A DNA stretch of 64,000 nucleotides from an uncultured Candidatus Saccharibacteria bacterium. Its GTDB lineage: Bacteria; Patescibacteriota; Saccharimonadia; Saccharimonadales; JALRHH01. Position numbers and translations under genes: made by a program. The notes below the pieces were generated by a model. It was given only the letters and a program-made list of their open reading frames with translations, searched no databases and was not told where the DNA came from. Numbering within the stretch: the first letter of the stretch is position 1; every line of letters begins with the position of its first letter. The stretch is taken from contig CAZXDT010000001.1 in the NCBI GenBank assembly GCA_964639295.1, positions 245,068 to 309,067 of the forward strand, given 5' to 3'. This document shows positions 57,901 through 64,000 of this stretch, piece by piece.

Positions 57901-60900
57901 AGTGGCGGTAACACTACCCCCAAGTAATTGGAGGTCTTTGCCATTATCAATTTGAACAGCTGAGCCATTCTGGGCAAGCCATGAACTTCCCAGACTCTGG
58001 GTGCCTGTATACAGAGGAATTCTACTCGTAGTCCCTGATCCAGTAATTGTCCCCGCTGCACCACCATCATCGTTGTCACATACTATTTGACCACTTGAGT
58101 TAACTGTTAGGACGCCGCCATTATCATAGCCAGTACAGTCAAATCCGTTCAATACTACGTTCCCTGTTGCACTCAGTACCAAGTCACTTGCTACCCCTGT
58201 TGCTGATACTGTCAGGTTACCATTGTTCGTAAGGAGTGGTGAACTTACGGAAGTGCCGAATGTTGGGTTAGCCGTTGTGTTAAGCGTTACGCTACCACCT
58301 GAACCCAAGGTAACAGAGCCTCCACCAGAGAGATTTGTGCCAGCTGTAACAGTAATACTTGTGTTTCCTTGCACTGCTGTATTTGCTGTAGAACCGTAAG
58401 CTACCGCTAGACTCGTTGAACCACCGAGAGATGGAGTACCACCACCGGTTAAGCCGTTACCAGCTGTTACAGTAATAGAACTGTTTTGGAGCTTGGAGTT
58501 AGTTATAGTCCCGTCAGCGATGCGTGCAATGCTTAACGTACCGGTAGCATTCCCAACATCAAGGTAGTATGCTCCGTTTTGTCCAGCTAGAGTACTTGCA
58601 TTGACCCCAGTTAACTGCGAACCATCAAGTGCTGGAAGCAATCCACCAGCCGTAAGCTTGACCAATTGGCTTGCTCCATTAAACGTGTTGCCAGAAAGCG
58701 TTACGTTACTGCTTAGGCGGGCGTCACCGAGGGTATTTGTTGCGTTTGTAAGGTCGAGATAATAAGAGCCACTTTGTCCTCCGAGTAACGTCGCGTTTAC
58801 GTTTGTAACCAGCGAACCATTAAGAGCTGGCAAAAAGCCCGCTGCAGTCGCCTGTACCAGCTGAGAGTTACCATTAAAGGTATTACCCGCCACTGTAACG
58901 TTACCGCTGAGGCGAGCATCCGCAAGAGTGCCGGTGGCATTCGTAAGGTTCAAGTAGTAGGCTGCGGTTTGTCCACTTAGTAGAGTTGCATCAACATTGG
59001 TCAGCGCACTACCATTTAGTGCTGGCAATGCACCTCCTGCGGTTAGCTGGACAAGCTGGCTTGCTCCATTAAAGGTGTTCCCCTGTAATGTCACATTGCT
59101 ACTCAAGCGAGCATCACTAAGAGATCCAGTCGCATTAGCCAAATTGCTGTAGTAACTACCGTTTTGGCCGTTTAGAGTTGCTGCATTAACGTTTGTAAGT
59201 CCCGAGCCAGATCCAGAGAATGTCGTAGCAGTCACCGTGCCGTTAACAATCAAGTTTCCACCGAGGAGCTGCAGGTCTTTACCACTATCCAGCTCCATGA
59301 CAGAACCGTTTTGTAGCCACCATGAGTTTGAGATAGTAGAACCACTAGAGAACAATGCTAAGCGATTTGCTGAACCTGCTCCTGAGATTGCACCACCTGC
59401 TCCACCATCATCGTCACTACAACTAAGTACGCCACCTACCCCCACTGTCAATACACCGCCATTAAGGTTGCCAGAACAGTCGAAGCCACTGAGTACTATC
59501 TGATCTGCACTGTTCAAGGTAATATCGTTCCCGGCACCCGTACTTGAAAGGGTGATTCCTCCGTTGTTAGTAATTAGAGGCGTTGTGACGGACGTACCAA
59601 AGTTAACGGCAGCAGCAGTTGTGATCGCATTACAGCTCCCACCAGCTCCAAGGGTGATCGTATTTCCACCCCCAGTAAGGTTGCCCGTACCACTCGCACA
59701 AGTAACAGATGTATTACCTTGCACTGCAGTGTTTGCAGATGATCCATATATAACTGCCAGGCTAGTTGAACCACCGAGGCTTACAGTATTTCCACCAGAG
59801 AGGCCGTTCCCTGCAGTAACTCCTATGGTGCTATTCTGAAGCGCTGCATTTGCCAGAGTTGTCGTAGTAGCTGCGGTTAGTCGTCCCTGTGCATCTACTG
59901 TAAAGGTAGGAACAGCAGTTGCAGAGCCATAACCAGCTGCCGTAACAGAGGTGTTTGCAAGGTTAAGTGCTACTGAACCACCAGTACCTAAGGTGATAGT
60001 CCCGCCGCCGCCTAGACCCGTGCCAGCTGTTACAGTGATTTGGGTATTACCCTGAACGGCGGTGTTCGCTGATGATCCATATAATACAGACAATGTTGGT
60101 GTAGCGCCCTCACCACTGTTACCTGTAGTACTCAGTCCGGTAAGTACACCAAGTGCTGACATATATGCACCTGTAGTATCAGCACCAAGCGATACAGTAT
60201 TCGCACCTATTGTAGTAACACCAGATCCATTAACGGTTAGGTCGCCAGACAAGGCAGTACTAACCCAACTGGTGCCATTTGCTACCAATAAATTGCCTGT
60301 TGTAGGAATTGTAACACCTAAATTGTTTCCATTTATTTTTACAACGTTAGGATTTGGATATGTTCCAGAAAGATCTCCGCCGGCTGATCCGCCAGGAGCT
60401 ACCCCTGTTATCGTTGTGTTAGATACACCAGTTACACGTCCTTTGGCATCAACAGTGAGTACAGGTACCTGTGTACCACTCCCGTAGGTTGCAGCAACTA
60501 CCCCTGATGAACCTAAGGTTAACACGCCCGCTGCAGTTAAACTAGCATCCCCTGTTAACGTTGTAAATGTTGGTGTTCCGGAAGCATTTGCTAAGACCAA
60601 CTGACCTGATACACCTGCTGTTGTCGTCTGTACAGCACCAGTACCATTACCGAATAGTAGACCGTTAGTCGCAAACGCAGTATTACCAGTACCACCGTAC
60701 TGGACTCCTATGGTTGAACCCTGCCATACACCACTTGTAAGTGTTCCCACTGCAGTAATATTAGCTAGGTTCCCTGTTGTTATGAGGGTACCACTAGTGT
60801 TAGGCACCGTTAGAGTACGGCTCGTACCACTTGCTATGCCTGATAGTTCAAAGAATGCCTTCTTCGTAGCATCAACGTTATCTTGTAGTGATAGGCCGTT

Positions 60901-62295
60901 ATCAGTGAAGCTCCAGTTACCGGTGATGATCTCTGTTGCAGTGCGTCTTGTTATGCCGGAGTTGGTGTAGTCTAGAGCGATTGCTGCTTGGTTAAACCCG
61001 TCATCTGTGACATCAAAGTCATTACCGTTGAAATCGTAAGCAGCTGGGGTGGTCAGTATTGTGGTACCGCTCTCTTTAGCGGCCACTGTCCCACCCGACG
61101 TATCAGAGGCACAGCCCCATTCACTACCACTCCACTTGAGTATGTCACTTGTACTACAACCCCCAAGAAGCCTAATACCTTCAGGGCTCAATTCCATTCC
61201 AGAGGTAGAAGACGTGGTTGTTGTTGTGCCGGAGCTTGCTAGACGTAGTTCGATAGCATCACCTACAACCATTGTCCCGGTTGCAGTGTTAACACTGAGT
61301 GAAATAGAGCCCGTTGTACCGCCTCCACCAAGCCCGAGACCTGCAACTATGTCGGTTATGTCTGCGCCGGGTCCAGCGGGTCCCTGAGGGCCCACAGGGC
61401 CCTGTGGACCTGTTGCACTACTCAGGTCAACTGATCCACCATTCTTAACCATTGCTTGGAGCTCTGGTGACAGGTGGTCAAATGTAATAGCACCATTTGC
61501 TATATCAACAGACTGAACATTACCATCCTTAATCTGTTTACTAGTAATAGGTACTATGGCGAGATTACCTGGCTCTTGACCGGCAGTGTATCCCTGGAGA
61601 TTAATAGCTCCGCTCTGGGCAGCTCCATTGCGGTCAGCGTCGGAACTACTCCTGTTAAACACGCTACTAAGATTAGGAGAAAGGCCCATGCTTAAGATGG
61701 CATACACACCAAAAGTAATGGCTAACATATAAAAGCCAACTCTCCACGGGCTAAATGGCATGTGTAACGTTGGCGTAGCAAGCGAACCAGACTGATCTTG
61801 TTCGAGGAGTTCGAGTGTTTCCACCTCTTGTTCTAGGAAGGATTCTTTGTCTTTGGCAGTGTTTTTCTCTATAGAAGATTCGAATACATTAGGAGCTTTT
61901 TGGGGAGTAGGAACGTGTATTTGACCCAAAAGTGCTGCGCTCGTTGCATAGGACTCAACCATGGCACGGTCATATAAGCGCTTGCCTTTTGCACTACGGT
62001 TAGCAGGTAACTTACCTTCTGAATCAAGCCTACGAACGGTTGATGACGACACTCCCAGAAGCTTTGCTACCTCTGTTGATGAAAGCGGTTGCGTAGATCG
62101 AAATGCTTCTAGTTCAGCAATAGAGAAGTGACGGTTTTTACCATCCAATCGTTCTGCTCGGAGTGTGCCAGCCTTTTCCCAACGTCGTACAGTATCAATA
62201 GAAACACCCAAGAATACGGCCGCATCACCTATAGTAACGTGCTGTTTGTTCTCATCAGTACTGATAGTACCTTTGGTACTCAAACTTTTTGACAT
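51964..62295 (-). CDS. Giant (3443 aa) protein: two N-terminal HTH (excisionase/MerR-like) domains, a single TM helix, and a ~3240-aa tail-fibre-like extracellular region
   Basis: ORF track, ATG start. HTH copies are at aa 20-65 and 71-116 (nt 62238-61948). TM is WRVGFYMLAITFGVYAILSMGL (61743-61681). Collagen-like GPQGPVGPQGPAGPG lies at 61410-61366. There are nine LxVxYGSxxxTAVQGN units, two blocks of 64-aa repeats and a 2 x 420-aa tandem repeat. Confidence 0.9.
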   Translation of the reverse strand: MSKSLSTKGTISTDENKQHVTIGDAAVFLGVSIDTVRRWEKAGTLRAERLDGKNRHFSIAELEAFRSTQPLSSTEVAKLLGVSSSTVRRLDSEGKLPANRSAKGKRLYDRAMVESYATSAALLGQIHVPTPQKAPNVFESSIEKNTAKDKESFLEQEVETLELLEQDQSGSLATPTLHMPFSPWRVGFYMLAITFGVYAILSMGLSPNLSSVFNRSSSDADRNGAAQSGAINLQGYTAGQEPGNLAIVPITSKQIKDGNVQSVDIANGAITFDHLSPELQAMVKNGGSVDLSSATGPQGPVGPQGPAGPGADITDIVAGLGLGGGGTTGSISLSVNTATGTMVVGDAIELRLASSGTTTTTSSTSGMELSPEGIRLLGGCSTSDILKWSGSEWGCASDTSGGTVAAKESGTTILTTPAAYDFNGNDFDVTDDGFNQAAIALDYTNSGITRRTATEIITGNWSFTDNGLSLQDNVDATKKAFFELSGIASGTSRTLTVPNTSGTLITTGNLANITAVGTLTSGVWQGSTIGVQYGGTGNTAFATNGLLFGNGTGAVQTTTAGVSGQLVLANASGTPTFTTLTGDASLTAAGVLTLGSSGVVAATYGSGTQVPVLTVDAKGRVTGVSNTTITGVAPGGSAGGDLSGTYPNPNVVKINGNNLGVTIPTTGNLLVANGTSWVSTALSGDLTVNGSGVTTIGANTVSLGADTTGAYMSALGVLTGLSTTGNSGEGATPTLSVLYGSSANTAVQGNTQITVTAGTGLGGGGTITLGTGGSVALNLANTSVTAAGYGSATAVPTFTVDAQGRLTAATTTTLANAALQNSTIGVTAGNGLSGGNTVSLGGSTSLAVIYGSSANTAVQGNTSVTCASGTGNLTGGGNTITLGAGGSCNAITTAAAVNFGTSVTTPLITNNGGITLSSTGAGNDITLNSADQIVLSGFDCSGNLNGGVLTVGVGGVLSCSDDDGGAGGAISGAGSANRLALFSSGSTISNSWWLQNGSVMELDSGKDLQLLGGNLIVNGTVTATTFSGSGSGLTNVNAATLNGQNGSYYSNLANATGSLSDARLSSNVTLQGNTFNGASQLVQLTAGGALPALNGSALTNVDATLLSGQTAAYYLNLTNATGTLADARLSGNVTVAGNTFNGNSQLVQATAAGFLPALNGSLVTNVNATLLGGQSGSYYLDLTNATNTLGDARLSSNVTLSGNTFNGASQLVKLTAGGLLPALDGSQLTGVNASTLAGQNGAYYLDVGNATGTLSIARIADGTITNSKLQNSSITVTAGNGLTGGGTPSLGGSTSLAVAYGSTANTAVQGNTSITVTAGTNLSGGGSVTLGSGGSVTLNTTANPTFGTSVSSPLLTNNGNLTVSATGVASDLVLSATGNVVLNGFDCTGYDNGGVLTVNSSGQIVCDNDDGGAAGTITGSGTTSRIPLYTGTQSLGSSWLAQNGSAVQIDNGKDLQLLGGSVTATSFSGSGASLTNVNTATLNGQSGSYYNDLTNATGSLADARLSSNVTLQGNTFNGSSQLVKLTAGGALPALNGSALTNVDAALLGGQAGSYYLNLANATNTLSDARLSNNVTLAGNTFNGVSQLVQTTAGGLLPALDGSLVTNVNASLLGGQNGAYYLDLANASGTLNIARIADASITNTKLVNSSVTVTAGTGLTGGGSTALGSGTTLNLANTTVTAGNYGSASSVATFSVDAQGRLTAASTAAISINANQITSGALTNNRGGTGLDTSTAANGQLLIGNGSGFTMATLSAGGGINIGNGAGSVTIAATLGTSISNGEIDADAVSLGSQTTGNYIATLGTLTGLSTTGNTGEGSTPTLGVLYGSGANTAVQGNTQATFTAGTGLSGGGTITLGTGGTTTFNLANTTVTAATYGSSTAVPTFSVDAQGRLTAAGTTTLANAALQNSSISVNAGTGLSGGGSVALGGNTTLTVQYGSAAGSAVQGNTTVTCASGSGNLTGGGNTITLGAGGTCGAISTNNAVSFSTSVTTPLLQSTGPITVGTTATAGADDIIFNTAGSEVVRIMENGDLKFEKGTNDATFAIATPSGAPATYTFSGTSGTVLTTSNFGTNLDSAYVNVGESPAVGDISGTFSGGFTVNTNSVALGTDTTGDYVANLGTLTGLSTSGNTGEGTNPTLAVLYGAVANTAVQGNTQIIVTAGNGLSGGGTLTLGSGGSTSLAVSYGSTTNTAVQGNVQITCATGTGNLSGGGNTITLGSGGTCGNIAISTTPSFTSVTSGTFTGSGAVTLSSGGTADLTLDSASNVTNIAANDTTLRRSAAGTYSIDLLDASAATTLAITNSDGTRVANLSVEGTIASGTGLTVTAGGASISGGLNNNSGGITNAGAVSGATSVTLSGAISGGTTYSGSGNINTTGGGLQTNSTTRVDNSGNLTNIGNLTASGALVINSTGAGNDITLNSIDQVIIDAGSTIELQDNTNITGALDISAGFKAGTADAFQVATNGDITSGLVNGQTISSSANFTGTLVAAGLITANNGLTVGATKAFTLNGEAFTDLTGTGLQFNAGQLEATLGTSITNGEIGTDAVTLGTQTTGNYVATLGSLTGLSTSGNTGEGSTPTLSVLYGSAASTAVQGNVSLTCASGSGNLSGGGNAITLGSGGTCGAISTNNDVSFTTAVRTPLLTNAGALTVSTTGANDLTLTSGSGNIILNASTLQRSAAGTTVLDLLNAGGGTTLSITNSNGSQVAGLNVEGVITAGTGLTVTTGGIGVTGNSTIAGTLTGLTGLTVASGGASISGGFNNNSGGITNTGAISGATSITLNGAISGGTTYSGSGNINTTGGGLQTNSTTRIDNSGNLTNIGDLTATGAITINSTGAGNDITLNSIDQVIINAGSTIELQDSTNITGALDVSAGFKAGTADAFQVATNGDVTTGLVNGQTISSSANFTGTLTAAGLITASNGITIGATKTLTLNGEAFSDLTGTGLQFNAGQLEATLGTSISNGEIVADAVTLGTQTTGNYVATLGVLTGLSTSGNTGEGSTPTISVLYGSTASTAVQGNTTFNCAAVTGTNLTGGGGSFALGAGGTCTSIGLSATPSFTSVTASGTVQGADVNGTSSIQLNGANINTAGTLTNVAYKNQANTFSVANVFSAAGTALTVNNDATVSGTLVVGNFDQSASSGTFKTGSGAVSINGNTSITGTKTLTVGGLTTLNAGLGVTGTSTFTGNIATTNGNVLIQQTAAGASMIIDDVAGKIGSLKAGSAKVAFLFDDSGNFSIGKDTRANIAASNTPGTDIITILGASGNVGINDTNPLFTFSVGGTFNATGAATLGSTLNVTGATTLASLSVGTTLTVTGVTNLNNNLTVTGTTTLAAVSTTSATIGSGGTAILKHLSATAANLVSASININSCAAYGTITVTGAAVGDTVYASPTAVAGGIETVNLDWMAYVSAANTVTIRACHQNSNIGAAAINTADTQTWRADVWKH
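53240..55760 (-). repeat. Tandem duplication, 2 x ~1.26 kb (~420 aa), inside the 3443-aa gene
   Basis: The units are ~54500-55760 and ~53240-54500. Long collinear protein identity runs through GGASISGG[LF]NNNSGGITN...TTYSGSGNINTTGGGLQTNSTTR[VI]DNSGNLTNIG...LQFNAGQLEATLGTSI[ST]NGEI...LTGLSTSGNTGEGSTPT[LI]SVLYGS. The DNA copies differ at many third-codon positions. Confidence 0.85.
57400..59185 (-). repeat. Two blocks (57400-57875 and 58520-59185) of ~64-aa (192-bp) tail-fibre-like repeats, ~3.5 units each, within a ~1.3-kb super-repeat
   Basis: The unit is GQxGxYYL[DN]LxNATxTLxDARLSxNVTLxGNTFNGxSQLVxLTAGGxLPALxGSxLTxVNAxxL. Each block is preceded by a GFDC[ST]G...C.[DN]DDGGA segment. Confidence 0.85.
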
Positions 62296-62486
62296 TCTCT
62301 ACCCTGTTATTGTTTCGTTCCAGCTCATCTCACACGATGTTATGAAAGCTTATGCATAGTTTAGTACGCATGCTAATGCTTATACAAGGGACCTATGCAA
62401 AAATTGTATTCATAAGGGTTAGACCGATTAAGTAACAGGGTTATAACTGTAGTGCTAACCAGTCATTGTGAGTAATTTCAGCCGGG

Positions 62487-62495
62487 TTATCCACA
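62487..62495 (+). promoter_or_regulatory. Perfect DnaA-box consensus 9-mer (TTATCCACA) upstream of the 3443-aa gene
   Basis: Exact TTATCCACA lies 192 nt upstream of the ATG at 62295. A second exact copy is at 26467-26475, upstream of the 3332-aa gene. Confidence 0.4.
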
Positions 62496-62525
62496 GACAC
62501 ACCATAAAATAGGTATTCAGCTGAT

Positions 62526-62598
62526 ATTGAACACTTTATAGAGTCTTTCATCCATAGATTGAACACCTTCTTTGAAAGATAATCTAGGTATTGAACAC
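62526..62598 (+). promoter_or_regulatory. Three direct ATTGAACAC repeats phased at exactly 32 bp
   Basis: Copies are at 62526-62534, 62558-62566 and 62590-62598, in the divergent intergenic region between the 3443-aa gene and the HIT gene. Confidence 0.6.
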
Positions 62599-62604
62599 AA
62601 GCAG

Positions 62605-62663
62605 CGTGAAAAGTATTCCATACCTGTCGTGAAATGTTTCTTTAGTTAGTCGTGAAATGTATT
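62605..62663 (+). promoter_or_regulatory. Three direct CGTGAAA[AT]GT[AT]T[TC] repeats phased at exactly 23 bp
   Basis: Copies are at 62605-62617, 62628-62640 and 62651-62663. The last two share the 12-mer GTCGTGAAATGT. Confidence 0.6.
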
Positions 62664-62679
62664 CTGCACACGTAGTTTA

Positions 62680-62729
62680 TATACCATATGTGAGATGTAC
62701 GCAGTTTCTATCACCTCATATATGGTATA
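62680..62729. promoter_or_regulatory. 15-bp inverted repeat (14/15 match) with a 20-bp spacer, upstream of the HIT gene
   Basis: TATACCATATGTGAG (62680-62694) pairs with CTCATATATGGTATA (62715-62729). A third TATATGGTA copy lies at 62761-62769, 5 nt before the ATG at 62774. Confidence 0.55.
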
Positions 62730-62773
62730 CAAATCAGAGTAGATATTGTACGACGTACCCTATATGGTAAGCT

Positions 62774-63289
62774 ATGGATATGAAGAGCCCTTGTGAAGTA
62801 TGTGAAATACTGCCGAATATCGAACCAAGGTTCACAATTATTGATACCCCCAACTGGAATGTGAACCTCCGGGAGACTGACCAAACCCTGCTTGGTACCT
62901 GTTACATTACCGCAAAACGCCATGTACCAGAGGTAGATGAGCTAACTCCAGATGAGGATTTAGATTTCATAGTTGTCAGAAATAGCCTTATTAAGGCTAT
63001 TAGAGCCAGTTTTAGCCCCATCACTATTAATACCTCATGTCTTAAAAATAATGCCTTTAAAGATAACCCAGACAACACATTAACAGAGGCGGGGCATGTA
63101 CACTGGCATGTAAAACCTAGGTACACAACGAGCCCGCAGATACTAAATGGAGAGGTGTTTACAGACCCTATGCCCGGTGAATATTTAGAGCTGTCTCGTA
63201 TCCAACGTCATGTCCCCTCTCCTGAGACAGCACTACAGATAGCTTCACTGATCAGGAGTAATTTGCCGGAATACCCTCCTCAGGTGTGA
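62774..63289 (+). CDS. HIT-family (histidine triad) protein
   Basis: 171 aa with the histidine triad HVHWHVKPR and an N-terminal CxxC. Confidence 0.8.
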   Translation: MDMKSPCEVCEILPNIEPRFTIIDTPNWNVNLRETDQTLLGTCYITAKRHVPEVDELTPDEDLDFIVVRNSLIKAIRASFSPITINTSCLKNNAFKDNPDNTLTEAGHVHWHVKPRYTTSPQILNGEVFTDPMPGEYLELSRIQRHVPSPETALQIASLIRSNLPEYPPQV

Positions 63290-63350
63290 CAGCTTTTGCA
63301 TATATAGGCAAAGACTCTCACTAAAAACGAATAACTATTTTAAGGAATAG

Positions 63351-63381
63351 AAAAAGAGAGTCCTTTTTGGACTCTCTTTTT
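63351..63381 (+). terminator. Intrinsic terminator of the HIT gene
   Basis: Stem GAGAGTCC (63356-63363) / GGACTCTC (63369-63376) followed by TTTTT. Confidence 0.7.
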
Positions 63382-63454
63382 ACTTTTAATGCATCGAGGC
63401 TTAAGCCTCGAGAAAGATCACCTCAGGTGAGATTTTAATTTCGTTAGAAATTAG

Positions 63455-63491
63455 CAGAAAAAGATAAAAGCCATCCTATTCGGATGGCTTT
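63455..63491 (-). terminator. Intrinsic terminator downstream of the 5S rRNA (end of the rRNA operon)
   Basis: 10-bp stem AAAGCCATCC (63467-63476) / GGATGGCTTT (63482-63491), followed on the minus strand by a U-rich tract. Confidence 0.6.
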
Positions 63492-63498
63492 TATATAA

Positions 63499-63612
63499 TT
63501 CGGCACCGTGCTATTTTCCCAGGGGTGAACCCCAAGTATTGTAACCGCGGCGAGGCTTAACTTCTGTGTTCGGTATGGGAACAGGTGTCGCCCTCGCGCC
63601 ATGGGCACCGAA
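63499..63612 (-). rRNA. rrf: 5S ribosomal RNA
   Basis: The reverse complement reads UUCGGUGCCCAUGGCGCGAGGGCGACACCUGUUCCCAUACCGAACACAGAAGUUAAGCCUCGCCGCGGUUACAAUACUUGGGGUUCACCCCUGGGAAAAUAGCACGGUGCCGAA. It has the conserved CCGAACACAGAAGUUAAGC block, and the termini pair as helix I. Ends are good to +/- 3 nt. Confidence 0.93.
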
Positions 63613-63799
63613 CGGATACCATCCCGTAGAATGATATCTATCGATGTCCATAACGATGCGCTATGTAACTATAAAGATAGAAATATATATTCGAATATTG
63701 AAAACAAACGCCTTATTATCGTGCTTGGAAGCACCAATAACTAGTCAATGTACTTTTCTCTTGAACAGGCCAGAGTAAACTCTGAGTCGTTCAAGAGAA

Positions 63800-64000
63800 C
63801 GTAAAAAGTCTGTGGGACTATTAGTACGCTTCGGCTCAATACATTACTGCACTTTCACCTTGCGCCTATCAACCTGATCGTCTATCAGGGTCCTCATAGA
63901 GAAATCTAATCTTGGAGTCAGTTTCGTGCTTAATATGCTTTCAGCACTTATCTATTCCGCACATAGCTACTCAACAATGCCATTGGTATGACAATTGATA
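63800..64000 (-). rRNA. rrl: 23S ribosomal RNA, 3' end (continues beyond the window)
   Basis: The plus strand aligns to the reverse complement of the 23S 3' domain as I remember it from E. coli: ATTAGTAC..GCTCAA..CGCCTATCAAC..GTTTCGTGCTTA.ATGCTTTCAGCACTTATC..TCCGCA..TAGCTAC..TGCCATTGG.ATGACAA. The 3' end is placed by analogy, +/- 10 nt. Confidence 0.9.

Noticed and set aside
62526-62663. A CRISPR-like array, given the regularly spaced short repeats
   Set aside because: The repeats are only 9-13 bp with 23- and 32-bp periods and three copies each. No cas genes are present. The periodic repeats inside the giant genes are in-frame coding repeats.
62296-62773. This region as the chromosomal origin (perfect DnaA box, iteron-like phased repeats, divergent genes)
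   Set aside because: No dnaA or dnaN is nearby. Only one strong box is present. The rRNA operon immediately to the right is on the minus strand, so it would be head-on to a fork leaving this site, which is very rare. An operator or regulatory reading is preferred. GC-skew analysis of the whole genome would settle it.
62711-62923. A 70-aa minus-strand ORF overlapping the HIT gene start
   Set aside because: It overlaps a well-supported plus-strand gene with a histidine-triad motif. It has no SD and an implausible sequence.
1-64000. An alternative genetic code (UGA recoding, as in some CPR lineages)
   Set aside because: ORFs of 5-10 kb are intact under the standard code, and TGA closes frames where expected (for example just upstream of the ATG at 4019). 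All housekeeping genes have normal lengths.

Overview
This 64-kb window looks like a small-genome, monoderm-type bacterium using the standard genetic code (TGA, TAA and TAG all close frames). The gene content includes a minimal housekeeping set, a class II RNR with NrdR, a short IF-2, small conserved hypotheticals and enormous Thr/Gly/Ser/Asn/Ala-rich surface proteins. That mix fits Patescibacteria/CPR best, for example Saccharibacteria, but this is inference only because no database search was possible.

About 35.4 kb (55%) is taken by five giant minus-strand genes, each with a single N-terminal membrane anchor:
- a partial Kelch plus glycine-rich protein (1-4019, open at the window edge and therefore missing from the ORF track);
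- a 2053-aa fibre with a tailspike-like beta-helix and a CBM-like domain (4668-10829);
- a 1640-aa protein with 18 Kelch blades (11271-16193);
- a 3332-aa fibre with two beta-helix modules (16220-26218);
- a 3443-aa fibre (51964-62295) whose cytoplasmic N-terminus carries two tandem HTH domains.

The first four form a duplicated fibre-plus-Kelch cassette. The fibres carry motifs typical of phage tail fibres and tailspikes.

Between these lies a housekeeping block: rplU, a candidate T-box leader followed by a small ORF and ileS, nrdJ, nrdR, ftsZ, ftsA, map, adk, a yqeY-like gene, rpsU, priA-def-fmt, infB, rpsA, a ROK kinase, a HIT protein and others. The window ends with the 5S rRNA and the 3' end of a 23S rRNA on the minus strand.

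I recognised no transposase, integrase, CRISPR array, tRNA or reverse transcriptase. Intergenic regions hold several items worth a second look:
- phased direct repeats and a perfect TTATCCACA box upstream of the HTH-fibre gene;
- recurrent DnaA-box-like 9-mers confined to intergenic DNA;
- a long structured element downstream of nrdJ;
- a hairpin 4 nt upstream of one giant gene's start codon.

Several ORF-track starts are over-extended GTG or TTG calls, and better starts are noted per feature.
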